Shown here piece after piece: positions 27,201 through 39,699 of a stretch of DNA of 64,000 nt; within the stretch, counting starts at the first letter, position 1, and the number at the start of each line of letters is the position of its first letter. This DNA is from Camelus dromedarius. Lineage: Eukaryota. The notes under the pieces are model-generated. The model made no database searches. It was not told the DNA's origin and saw nothing but the letters and a program-made list of their open reading frames with translations. Location of the stretch: positions 95,234,001-95,298,000 of the forward strand of contig NC_087472.1 of assembly GCF_036321535.1 (NCBI RefSeq). Direction: 5' to 3'. Made by a program: the position numbers and the translations under genes.

Positions 27201-29090
27201 ACTAATTTCTGCTGGTAAAAATCAGGGCAGGGGATATACTTAGGGCTGTAGGTGCTGTAAGGGAGAACACTGAGGTCTTTTGGTAAAGTTCTCTTTCTTG
27301 GCATGAGAGCCGGCTACACAAGTGTGCTCAGTTTGTGAAAGTTCCCCAAGCTGGATATATAAGATATATTCACTTTTATGTATGTATGTTTTATTTGAGT
27401 GAACAGTTTTCAAAATTATTTTAAAACAATACTGCTTATAATAGGATGATAAAATAGAAATAAATCAAACTATATGCAAGACCTCTACACAAAATACTGT
27501 ATTACTAAGAGCAGATAAAGAAGATCTAAATAAATGAAGGACTATGTTCATCAGTTGGAGCACTAAATACTGAAAGATAGCAATTCTCCTTCAGAATGAT
27601 CTGTATTCAACAGAATTTCTGTTATAAGCCTAGCATCTATGGAAATTTATCTGTGGAAATTAATAAACTTATTCTACACTTCATATCAAAATGTCAAGGG
27701 TCAAGAAAAACCAAGAAAATCCTCGGGGAATCAAACAAGTTGAAGGAATTACTCCACTCGCTATCAAGACTTGTTATGAAGTTTCACTAATTAAGAGAGT
27801 GCGTTATTCTTTCAAGGATAGCTTATAAAACAATAGAACATAATAGAAACTACATAAAAGACATACACGTCTGGACTCCTGAGTAGTGAAGAGCAGTGGG
27901 GAAGGAATCATCTTATAATAATAAATGACCCTATGTCCATTCATTAAATACATGGACTATAAATCTAAATGGAAAGATAAAATAAATTTTAGAATGCATC
28001 TTCATTACCTAGCCAAGATGTCTTAAGTGGATACATAAAGCACTAACAATACAGTAACAGATTAATAAATTGTACTAGATTAATATTAAGATGTTTTATT
28101 AATGAAAAGATATTAGGAAAGCAAAAAGTTAAGACTGAGACTAGGGGAAAATATTTGCAACCACGTAACTGATAAAGAGCTCATACCATAATATATAAAG
28201 AATATATAATATATAAAGAATCTTTATAATATAAAAATAATTCCTACATATCAAAAAGATATAGAACCAGAAGCTGATGTTAAAATGGAAGAGACACATG
28301 AAGAGATCCTTTCAAAATGACCATGAGTAGTAAATAAACATATAAATGTTTCTCAACTTCCTTAGTAATCACAGAAGTGCAAATTCAGACCACAGTGGCA
28401 TATTACACACCCTGTCAAAGTACTAAAATTACAAAATTTGACAATTCTAAGACATACATATGTGCTAACTGGACTCTAATACACTGCAGGTGGGAGTATA
28501 AATTGGTACAACTACTTTGGGTATCTACTAAAGCTGACCATATACACTTTGATCTAGCAATCACACTCTTATTGATGTATCCAACAAAAACTGGTATCTA
28601 AGTGCACCAAAAAAACATGCTCAAGAGCATTTGAAACATCAGTATTCATAACAGCCAGAAATAGGAGACAATCCAAAAGTCCTTCAACAGTAAAACTGAC
28701 AGTGAATCATGGTGGAATCATTTAGTGGAAAACTGTATAGCAAAGAAAAGGAATGAATTACTTCCACAAGCAATATCATGGATGAATCTCACAAAGTTGA
28801 GCAAATAAAGCCAAATGGAAAAATACATATATCTACCATATGATCCCTTATGAAAGTTCAAAAATAGGCAAAATTAATCTATGGTATAAGGACAGTGCTC
28901 ATATACTGCTGGGGATGGAGGAACTAGTGAATAAGGGGCCAAAGGTGGGTTTCAGAGGTGCTAGTAAATTATTATTTATTGACTTGGGTAGTGTTTAGAC
29001 ATGTGTGCCCAATTTGTGATAATTCATTGAGCTCAACACCTACTTTCTTTTTGCACATGAGAGCTCAATAAAAGCTTATTAAAATATAAT
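24250..29090 (+). mobile_element. Old L1 (ORF1-ORF2-3'UTR remnants) hosting a nested L1
   Basis: ORF1-like aatatttgaagagataat...tttccctaatttgatgaaag; ORF2-like aaatcaaatccagcaatatataaaaagaat; 3' catggatgaatctcacaa...ctcaataaaagc. Confidence 0.85.
25895..27422 (+). mobile_element. 5'-inverted L1 nested in the older L1
   Basis: 25895-26390 is antisense ORF2; 26395-27422 is sense to the 3' end; TSD aaaccaatactgttt 25880-25894 / aaaacaatactgctt 27423-27437. Confidence 0.7.
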
Positions 29091-30559
29091 TCATAAAAGT
29101 TAAAATACAGAGTTTTGAGGCATTTACTTATGCAATTATTTGTAAAAGCAATTTTCACAGTAAATCAGGAATATTAAAAAAGCAAGAGAAGTATTTCACA
29201 TATCAAAGAGAACTATTTTTTTTAATTTTGTAGTCCCTATATGGAATAAAATACTAATTAGTAACTATTCTGATGTGAGTAATTTGGCACAACAAAAAAT
29301 AAAAACACTTTATATGATGACTAGTTACTATGTTTCTCTGAAAGTAATAAAGCTCCATTAATTTTAATTATATTTTAGAAATCACATTTTCCATTAAATC
29401 AAGCCAGCCTCTCTCATTTGCCAGGATTAAATTTTGATGCATTTGGGTATTTCTACACATCATTAACACCGTGAATGGAACCAACTTTGGTAAAATTCAG
29501 ACAAACTACTCGGTCTGTGCATTTCTGACATAAGTCATATTAATATTTTTCTCCCGATTTACTCTCTTTTCTAAATCCTCAGTTATCTTTGTGTGTAAAT
29601 CATTTATATGTGGGGAACTGTTAACATTTAAAATGTCATCTTCAGATCACTCTTGAAGTTCTTTGTTCTTTGTTAGTATTACAGGAGGTAGAATGCTGAA
29701 CTGAAAAGCCAAAGGGCATGCTCTGCCCTTAAGCACCTGGGTGATCTTGTGTGAATCACTTCAGCACATCAGGCCTCATGATTGCACATGTGATATGAGG
29801 AGATGAAACTTTTATCTGCCAATATTTAAGGAGCCTACACATCTAATTCTGGCTTAGCCTTTTGATATTTGATAGCGAGGATTTACTAAAAGGCATTGTG
29901 ATTCTTCGTCCCCTGTTCTACTCCTTTCTGTCTTGAGTGACAGGACCAAACCCTCCTGCTTGCTTATATCACTCTCAACTCAAACCAAGTGAGCCAGTCT
30001 TTCTCCAGGCTGAGTTCCTAAGGGATTCTTCCAAGCAGTGAAACCAGCAAGTACAATGTCTAAGACTGCATAGATAAACCATGCTATTTGAAAACCCGAC
30101 GAATCTGAGCAGAGAGAATGGGAACAGAAGCAGGTCTGCAGTACCTAGAAACCTCATTAGGTATGCTGGTTTATGTTCACCTTTTCATACATAGCTCTGA
30201 TTCCTCAAATGACATTACTGCTCTGTCTCCCATACAAATCTTTGCCCAACTTGGTCCTAGACTTTACATCTAGATCAAAAAAAAAAATTAAGCAGCATTT
30301 ATCCTCACTTCTCAACAAATGCCACTTAAATGTGATTTTTCCTTTAATCATGTTTCCATTAGCATGGGGATTGGAACCCACTGTCACTGTAACAAAACTG
30401 GAACATACACAATACACCCTCAATCTGGATAATAATTCCATTTAGTTTGACCTTTACTATGTTTTTCACTGCCTTCATTTCTGTGGCCAAAAAAATTGCA
30501 AACTATTCCATAGTTTTGCTTGTTTTTTTTCTCTCCCTCTCTCCCTCTTCCCAAAGGTC

Positions 30560-31160
30560 AGCCTAATCTCTAAAATTTATTTTAAATTTATAAAGTCACT
30601 CCTTTTTCTTCTATAAGATAACATTCATGCTATTCCATTCTATACAATAAATTACCCTTTTAAAGCTCCTCTGATTACTTTCCATTCTACTTCCCACTCA
30701 GCATTCTCATATTAACGTTTTTATTCTATTTTAAAAAGTCTACATTTTACAGCTTTATGGTTTATCAGTAGTCCAGTGTAGGAATTATCTAACTTATGTT
30801 AATTGATATATACCATATTTTATAGACACTATTAGAAATTCATAAACTATAGTTGGTGCATTATAATTACATTTAACAAGTTCTGAATTCTCTCATTCTT
30901 TACAGTATCAACATGAAACGAGGACTTCTCCTAAACTCATTATTTTAGTTTAATCATTTTATCTCTTTTTAGTGTCGAATTTTCACTACTCGGCAAATCA
31001 CAGTCCTCTATGTCAACCACTTTGTCCTTCTAAACGTTTACAAATATTTCTCTAAATGAATCCTAGCTTTCTCATGATAATAAGGTATTCCAAGCTCATC
31101 TGTACCTTTTCTCCCCCAAATGGGAAATTTTTCCTTTTAGTGGAATATAACGCTCGGTTC
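30560..31160 (-). mobile_element. L1MC/ME-type 3' fragments
   Basis: aaggtattccaagctcatctgtacc...ttccttttagtggaata. Confidence 0.5.
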
Positions 31161-33299
31161 AAAATGGAGCCAGAGAAGACTTAGGTCACTTTATTGCAAA
31201 AGAAAGAGATCCATTAAAAAGAGAGGAAAGTCAGAAGGTCACAAATTCGTATTTCTTTTTCCAACTCAGTTCTACTTTTCCTTATCTTTATACTATGAGA
31301 GCTTATTATGTCACTTTTTGTTTCTCTTTTGAGTTCCCTTTAGAATTATCCACTTTACAAACTGCCATGCTATATATTGTGTACGTGATTAAGTTACAGT
31401 GGTACTCTCCCCCCAGAAAGACTTTAAATCTCCTTTCATAAGTCTTTCTTTTTGTTCATTTGGACCTGTGGCCCAGCTATCCTGAGGTTGGCTTGAAACT
31501 GTACAGGTCTACATGAACTATTGTGCCAACCTCACCTGAGCCCAGCCTGTCCAGAAAGAAAAAGAAATCCAAACTAGTCCCAGAGCAACACCAAAATATT
31601 AAAGGCATACAGCACTTCCATCAACAAATTAAACCCATGTACTCGGTGAAAAAGAACAGTAAATAACTGAGTTTCAAGGTTTCTGCATCGAATCTTCCAG
31701 TTTTCATTCCCAGGAACCAAAATATAAGCTTGAAACCCCATAATTGAGATCCACTATATTAATCTACTTTCTAATTTCCTTTGCCATTACATATTCATTC
31801 AGGGCACAAGAATTCTAGTGGACTCTGATTTTTGTAGAAAAACTTAGTTGTATACTTATTACTCCAAGTCCTCTCAACCCAGAGAAAAGGGCTATGAAAA
31901 AAATCCAAATTAATACTGAGAATTATCAAATAGGCTAAATATAATTTGTGAATGCCTATTATCGTAATTAGGAAGTTGACATATTAGCCCTCCAAAATAC
32001 TTTGATAATGAGCCTATTATATCCCACAAGATTTAGCTTATAAAATACAAAAGCACAAATGATTATAACACATTTCATTTAGAATTCCATGACACCTTCC
32101 AGTTCCACTGGCCCATTTCCGGATTGTTTTAGTCTCCATTAAACAAATGCTGAGCACTGAAAAAGCTACCTCTAAACGAAAGGTAACTGATGACTCAGCT
32201 CTGGGTTCCTAGGTTTCCTTCAATCAGAGATGAGAATGAGTATGAGAACCTGTGAGAAAGTGTAGCAAATCTACTACATGATCTATTACTTACAGCAACT
32301 AGCCAAAGTAAGCTGGAGAATTAGCAGATCTGCAGTGTCCAAAACTGTCATATGTACACCATTTCACATGACTCATTTAATATGTGATCCAAATTATATT
32401 CCTGATCATATTCCTCATCAATTTTTTTTTTGGTCACACAAACCCCTTCCAAATGTCTCTGGAGACTTACCCATCTGAGTGGAATTAGCTAGAATATGTG
32501 TGTCCCTGCTTTCTATTAACCTTTACTTCATTTGTATACGTTTGTTTATATTATCATTCCATCCCCATATGATGTGGCCCCATTGACAGCCCACCCTGCT
32601 CTATGAACCAGTCTGTCTGAGGGCCAGGCTATACATATGAAGGTAGGAGAGAAAAGAAATACTCTTCACAGACTCAACTTTCAGCTCCGTAACTACTGTG
32701 ACAGACATCAGAAATCTAACCTCTAAAATTCAAAACCCCTCAGGTCCAAAATCCTTGGAAAAAATATACCCAGGATTCCCTGGGTAAGATAAAGGGTTTT
32801 TTTTTTGGTAATATTCAATAATTCATTACTGAATCTTGACTCATGGAATAATATCTCATGCATTCTGTCCTACCTGAGATATTAACTAGGTACACCAAGA
32901 AAATAAAAGAAAATGAGAATTGCCTCAAAAAATCAGGCAATGTACAGAAATATTAACTGCATGATCAAATCAGCAATTGTGTACAATAGCCTCAAAGAAC
33001 AGATATTTTGTTTACTTCAGTGAGCTGTTAAATTTGGTTGGTTGAGGTTTTTTTGTTCCTCACTTCAGTCTAATCTGAACCTTATAGACATGATCTGAAT
33101 TTTTCTTTTTCTACATTGTTTAAACTTTGACTGAAAAAGTTTATATTTTTGCCAGCTGACATGATTACCTAGTCTTCATTCATCTTCATTATTGCCTTTG
33201 TTTTGGAAGATAAATTCTATACCACTTCTGCTGTTCCCCATGTCACAGCTTCTTTGAAGAAATCAGCATGTGGTGTCACTTCTTAGTTTTATCTTTTTT

Positions 33300-33858
33300 T
33301 TTTTTGGCTTAATAGCTTTATTGATATTATAATTCACTTACCATAAACTTCACCCTTTTCAAATATACAATTCACTGGCTTTGCCCCTCAAGCACCCCCA
33401 GCCCTAAGTAACCACTAATCTACTTCCTGTCTCTATAGATTTACCTACTCTGGACATTTCACATAAAATAAATCATAATACGTGGTCTTTTGTGACTGGC
33501 TTCTTTCACTTAGCAAAATGTTTTCAAGGTCTGTTCATATAGCATTTATCTGTACTTCACTCCTTTTTGGGCCTAACAATATTCTATAGTATGGATGTAA
33601 CACATTTTGTTTAGGTAGCCATCAGCTGATGGACATTTTGGTTGCATTCTTTTTCGGCTATTATGAATAATACCGCTATGAACATGCATGAACCTATTCT
33701 CCTGTGAGCATAGATTTTCATTTCTCTTGAGTATATACCTAGTAGTGGAACTGCTGAGTCATATGGTGACTCTGTTTAACATTTGGAGGAACTACCAAAT
33801 TCTCCAAAGGGGCTGCACCATTTTACATTCCCACCAGCAATGTATGCATGTTCCAATA
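33300..33858 (-). mobile_element. L1MB-type 3' end
   Basis: Poly-T, then agctttattgatattataattcac...aaccactaatctacttcctgtctctatagattt...ttttacattcccaccagcaatgtatg; TSD-like cttagttttatcttt / cttggttcatcttt. Confidence 0.9.
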
Positions 33859-35249
33859 CTTGGTTCATCTTTAATTACCATATTAAAACTAGTTATTTTC
33901 TCATGGATAAATGTTGATTACATTAAAAATCAAAATATGGCTTAGTTTTTACTTTGTCTTGGATTTTGATTTCCTCCACACCCTTTTCAGGTTTTTATAG
34001 CATGCAAATAGATCCCAGATTTTAATGCTTAAAGCTTAATGTGCCCATCCAGACTTTTTGGTGTTTCTCACTCCAACGATCTGTCCTCAGCCCCAGCAAG
34101 CTTTCAACCCTACTTTTTCCATCTCATTACAATTGCTCTCTTCAAGTAATCAAGAACTAAGAGGCTCATGAGTCTTAGCAATGTCAGGCTTTTAGAACCT
34201 GCATAAATTATGAGATGGAAACATTGAATGTTTCAGTTAGTGATGAATTTTAAATCACTGGGACTATGAACAGGGAGCCATAGTTTAAATGATAGTCTGT
34301 CAGTATGTCTTGTTTATGGATGCTTCTGTTCACATTTAACATGAGGTCTCAGAACCCAGATCTCACTAACAATTGCTCCTGTTGTTTAAAGCAGCTTGTC
34401 TCTTATTACTGTAAAAATAGCGCCACTCAAAGCTCTAACTGCCGCTTGCTTGGTCTCCTTTGTTTCCTTTTTAATCCTGAAGGTGGGTACGCTCAAAGGC
34501 TGATATTCATTTCTAGTTTTCCATTCCTGTTTCCTTTTAGCCCAACAGCCGGTGTAAGCAAAGGTATCAGTGGCAGAGTTTGAAGCACATCAATTGGATT
34601 ACTGCTGCTCTTTGTTCATTCTTCCCAGGCTGCTGACTGTAGACTGTTTTTCTGGTGCTTATTAGCTGTGGAAGAGGTTAAACAGCATAGTATTTTTTTT
34701 ATCCTTTGAGCCAGTGGAGCCACCAATATTTTTGACTGTGAACAAAAACTTTAGATTTCCATCCAGATTTTCAGATTGGCCTGCTCACTTCTAGTGTTGC
34801 TAATCAACATCTGGGCCAACAGAGAAATTGTGTTTCATGCATACCAACTAAATCCCATTCAATTGTCTACAAAGAATATAACTATGTTGATGGCATGGAA
34901 ATACTCTGTTTATTAAGCAGGTCCCTTTGCACCTGTTCGGTGATCAGCCCAATTTAATTCAGGCTCTTCACTAAATATTAATGAAGTTGAGCGAGCAAAA
35001 TTTTTCAGATCCTTGGCATCTTCAAGAGAGGACTCCTCAAAGAATACTACGACAAGGTAACACATTTTAGAGTATCCTAATTGTGTATGTGTTTAGTGTC
35101 CACATTGTCAAGGAAAGACAAGCATAATTACCTGACCATCAATTGCAGATCAACTCTTAGAAAGAAAAGAGAAATTAAAATGTGAATTCAATGGATAAAG
35201 GAAGAAGGCTATTAAGAACAGAAGGTTTTTGCTTTTTCCCTCTCAATAT

Positions 35250-35602
35250 GGGTACTCAACTTTGCCTACACATTAGAATCACCTGAGGGCCTTTTTCAAA
35301 ATACCATGTCTACAAGATGGTGTTCAGAAAGTATAGTACATGTATATTACGCTTCGACAGAGCATTAAGAAAACAACCAAGGCATGGGTTCCATTTGAAA
35401 CCAAGACTTAAGAAAACCTAGTAACTAGATCACTGGGGTGGGTCTCAGTGTTTGTCTAACTATAATGTGGACACGAAATCCCTGGGGATCTTAAGTGTAC
35501 AGTATGACTCAGTAATTCTGGAGTGTAGCCCAAGATTCCAGATTTCTAATCGGCATAACCGTAATGCCTAGAGTTCCACCACCCATGCTTTGAGAAGCAA
35601 GG
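35250..35602. mobile_element. Degraded MER5-family fragments
   Basis: ctcaactttgcctacacattagaatcacctgagggc; ...gctttgagaagcaagg. Confidence 0.55.
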
Positions 35603-35610
35603 GTCTAGCC

Positions 35611-35758
35611 CAGCGGTTCCCCAGGGGGCTTGTTAAAACAGAGTGCTGCATCCCACCCCACAGTTCCTGGTTCATTAGATCTGGGGTGGGGCCTAAGAAT
35701 TTGCATTCCCAGGTGGTGCTGATGAGGCTGGTCTGGGAGCACACTTTGAGAACCACTG
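35611..35758. mobile_element. MER5A hAT MITE (internally shortened)
   Basis: TIRs cagcggttc / gaaccactg; TCTAG-centred 8-bp flanks gtctagcc / ctctaggc. Confidence 0.88.
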
Positions 35759-36703
35759 CTCTAGGCCAGATCTACACCCTACCATGCTCAAAGATAAAAG
35801 TCATGAAGACATAAAAAATAGCTCTCACAATATATAGATACTCAAGTAGGAACCCTCTGAAATGTGTTAACTCATTCAGCATATATTCTGAAAAGGCTGA
35901 GTTATCTGATTTCCCATACACATAGAATATGAAGAGTTCAATTTGAAGCAAAGTTAATACCCTGCTGGAAACAGACCGTATTACAGTTGTCAAATCAGCA
36001 GTGAGGGAGGAGCAGAAACATTAAGAAGCAGACATGGAAGTTATAAAGCACATCAGGTGTCAGCGAACTGTCTCTGCCAAGAAAAAAATCAATCCTTTGG
36101 CCTCACTCACCGTAGCCAGGCCAACAATAGCCGACAGTAGTCAGCTGCGACCCGCTATCAGCAACCTGTAGTATCTACATCGGGTTTAGTTGGAAACGAC
36201 TCTCATTGAGGTTCAAGGGCATGTGTGGCACACACAGTCTCCCCTTCTGCTAGTAATTCACATCTGTGCTTCTACTTGCATAAATGATCACAAGTATTTG
36301 CTGAAATCCTAGCATAGGAGCGGCTCAATAAACGTTAGTAGTCTAGTTTCCATTGTAGATTTGCCGAGTGCTGACTGCCCGGACCTTGAAACTCATTTCT
36401 ACTCACACTTGCCGCCCTCTCCAGCCCCCAGACACATAGGAACGGTCTCTCCCCCCTCCTTTTTCTTTTTTAATGTTGCTTGTCTAGCTGACCCACAACT
36501 GAAGAGGCCTTTATATTCGATATCACCATTTCCCCAGCCCTTGCTCCTTGTTTGAACCCTTTAATCTGATGCCACCTTTAACCTGGCATGATACTCATCT
36601 GTGGCTAATCTGTGCATGTAGAATTAAGTGTATGTCTCCCTATGCCAGCCACACATGCACAGCCCTTAAATTCTGTCAGACGCTGAGAACATTTCTGCAT
36701 CAT

Positions 36704-36722
36704 TGTCCAGGAGGGGGCAGTA
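36704..36722 (+). promoter_or_regulatory. Candidate CTCF site
   Basis: CCAGGAGGGGGCAGT (36707-36721) matches 14/15 of CCASYAGRKGGCRSY; ctgcat just upstream resembles the U motif. Confidence 0.45.
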
Positions 36723-37271
36723 TCACCATGGAACGTCTGACCTATCCAGTTGTCCACCAATCCTCTGTAGGAAGAGGAATGAATTATCTCTGAATGGAGC
36801 CTGCTTGGAGCCTGATGCCCAGTGGGCTACATTACCAGTGGTACCTAAGAACAAGATCTCTCTCTCTGGCCCATCCCAGGTGTGAATGTCTTCACTCCAT
36901 CCTCTCTGACCTACTGATAAAATTATTTACAGTCAAGAACATCCCAAGATCTAGGTTATGAAATGGAGGCCAGAGGTCCTGGCCTGTTCTCCATTCCAGC
37001 TTTTCTTACCATAAAGCTGAAAATGTGAACGGTTTTTGATTCCTTTTAACTATTTTCAAGTGATTAGAACTGAAGATGGATCAGGAGGATGTCTGAAATT
37101 TTGTACTGACTCATTCCCTGACTTTGCATCTATTTGTTGCTTCTAGTATTTATTCCTTTAAAATTACTATAATAAAAATCATTTCCCATTTATCTTAGAT
37201 ATCTGATTTTCTCTTTAATACAGTATAGGTTTCTATAAGTGGTATTACTAAATCAAAAAGTATGAGCATTA

Positions 37272-37553
37272 AAAGGTACAAGTTTGCACTTACAAAATAA
37301 GTCAGTCCTGGGGATGTGATGTCCAGCATGGCAACCATAGTTCATAACACTGTGCTGTATATTTGAAAGTTGCTAAGAGAGTTCACCTTTAAAAAGTTCT
37401 CATCACACATACAAAAAATCTAAACTATGTGTGGAGATGAATGTAAACTAGACTTAATGTAGTGATCATTTTACTATATATACAAATATCAAATCATTAT
37501 GTTGTACACCAAAACTAACATAATGTTCTAGGTTAACTTTAGCTCAATTTTCT
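37272..37553 (+). mobile_element. L1MA-type 3' end
   Basis: atttgaaagttgctaagagag...aaatatcaaatcattatgttgtacacc; TSD aaagtatgagcatta 37257-37271 / aaagtatgcacatta 37554-37568. Confidence 0.88.
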
Positions 37554-37699
37554 AAAGTATGCACATTATAAGGTCTGTATCACTTCTAGTCTAAAGCAGC
37601 TAAAAGTGTTGTGAATTCTCTCTCTTATCCATAGAGCAAGAAGGGAAGAACTCTTGAGATGGTAAAAATTGAAAAAAGGAAGCCTGAAATTTCAAGGCA

Positions 37700-37863
37700 G
37701 AGGTCTAAATAATCAATATGGAAGCCATCCCAGATAGCCTTCCTTGGGGAAAAGCCACAGAAAAGAGACAGCTGACCTGCAAAGGACTGTGATGTAAGTA
37801 AAAATAAACATTTTATGTTGAGACCTTACATAACTAATGTAACACAGCCCAGCCTAACTAATA
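37700..37863 (+). mobile_element. Old MaLR LTR 3' part
   Basis: aaaataaacattttatgttg...gtaacacagcccagcctaactaata. Confidence 0.45.
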
Positions 37864-37882
37864 AAGGAGATTAGCCCTGCAT

Positions 37883-38095
37883 CAATGGTTCCAAACTAGG
37901 GGGGTTTGCATAGCACGTGGGATACTAGTATTGGCTGGAGACATTTTGATTTGTGACAACAAGGGGTCTACTCCTGGCATCTGGCTGGTAGAGACCAGCG
38001 ATGCTACTAAGCACCCTACAATGTAGAGGACAGGCCCCACAACCGGAAGTGGTCCCACTCCAAATGTTGGAAGCGCTTAGGCTACGACATGCCCT
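37883..38095. mobile_element. MER20 hAT element
   Basis: ctggagacattttgatttgtgacaac...ctggcatctggctggtagagaccagcgatgctactaagcaccctacaatg. Confidence 0.85.
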
Positions 38096-38197
38096 AATTT
38101 TACCCTATCTGTAGATAGTATTTTCCCAGTTTATCTTTGGTGCTTAAATTCTCTTTGTAGTGGGTTTTTTGAAGTACATGAAACTTTTCCCATACTC

Positions 38198-38222
38198 CGT
38201 GTGTGTGTGCGCGCGCGCACGC
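38198..38222. repeat. (GT)n(GC)n alternating purine-pyrimidine tract
   Basis: cgtgtgtgtgtgcgcgcgcgcacgc. Confidence 0.9.
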
Positions 38223-38847
38223 TCATTCCCACTGAAGGAACAGTATCTGGTCATAATACATTACTTGGAAAATACAGGGGAAAAAAGCGACATGTATGAC
38301 CAAAGGGAAAAACAGTAAGGACATCTTTGCTCGGAAGGTGAACTAGGAAATAGTTTCAAATGTATAACGTGAAGCTCAGACTGAAGCAAAGTCCCTAAGG
38401 GACAGCGCCACTCGGGCTAAGAGAACGAGTGCTGTCTGATAGGAAATGAGGAAAGTGAGACCCGCCTGTGAACTTGGAACACATGCAGGGGGAATGGGAT
38501 GACTCTGTCAGGGCACTTTTTTGCTCTGAGGACAATTTCATCCAGAGAGTATTCCAGAGGGAGAGACTCACCAAAGAGAAAACTTTCTGGCAGTGCTTGC
38601 CCAGAGATCCATCTCCTGACCAGGGATTTAGCATCACCCCAAGGCAGAGAAGCACTTTCTGGAATGAGGAGGTTCCCGTGACCTAGAAGGGCAAGTACTG
38701 GAGGTAAGTGTGAGCTACAGGAGAGACTCACTCTCCAGAGAACCACTCTTCCCTTGGCATTTGGAAACAACACAGTAACTGAGAAACGCACAGAGGATGT
38801 GTCCTGGGTATCTAGTGCCAAGGAAGAGGTGGCAGGAGATTGTTTTT

Positions 38848-39007
38848 GGTTTAAAACATTTATTCTGCTCATGAATTTTAAATGTGGACAGGGCTCAGTT
38901 GAGAGAGCCTGTCTCTGCTCCCTACAGTGTCAGCCGGGACGGCTCCGAGGCTGGGAGCTGGAACCATCTGAAGGCACGCTCTCTCTCACGTCTGGCAGGT
39001 GATGCCA
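38848..39007 (-). mobile_element. MaLR LTR fragment (MLT1F/G-like)
   Basis: catttattctgctcatgaat...ggacagggctcag...gtctctgctcc...ctggaaccatctgaaggc...cacgtctggcaggtgatgc. Confidence 0.75.
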
Positions 39008-39699
39008 GGAATCCACAGACAGCTGGGCTTGGGACGGCAGTGTGCTGCTAACTATCAGCCACGTGTCACCTCTGGGAGCTGTTCGGCTTACAGCTTTCTG
39101 GTTGAGTTTTACTCAGCTACGTGGAATTTCACTAGGCGCGCACACACACAGTTTAGTTCTCAGGAAGAGACTCCGGGGAACTCGGATGCAGGTCCCCGTC
39201 ACTACCAGGCAGGACTGAAAATGCCTCCGGGCAATAGGCCAGGGCCAGCACAAGGCTTCCCTCAGTTTTTTACCTTTTCCCAGAGATCACAGTCCTGAAT
39301 TTCCTGTTGCTCAATGTCTGAAAACTATTGTTACATCTACTTTTCCAGTCTTCTAATTCTTTACACAGAAGAACAGTTCTAGTCCTCCTGACTCTACCGT
39401 GGCCTACGTTATCAGTTACGTAGGCCAACTTTTTAAGCTGAGAAACAGACAAATCGGGTCCATTACACTATTATCTCTACTATGGTATATCTTTGATTAT
39501 TTCCATATATCAAAAACAAAAACAATACAAAGAGAGTTTGGAGCAGAGCTTTAAAATTTTAAATCTTACCCAGTTGCCATTCCCATGTTAACACAGAAGA
39601 AAGACAATTTCATTATTTGATATTCAAAGTTACAGAGAGTAACTGCTGCAGATTCCCTATCTGAAAAGAAAATCGTAGGTATAACTGATGTTCCACCAA

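Noticed and set aside
37009..37016. 7-nt minus-strand microexon (ttttcag|CTTTATG|gtaaga)
   Set aside because: Signals of this size arise by chance and there is no other support.
38417..38872. Longest ORF (151 aa, minus strand)
   Set aside because: Ser/Leu-rich, starts inside an LTR fragment, no recognisable domain; open frames on both strands reflect the higher local GC.
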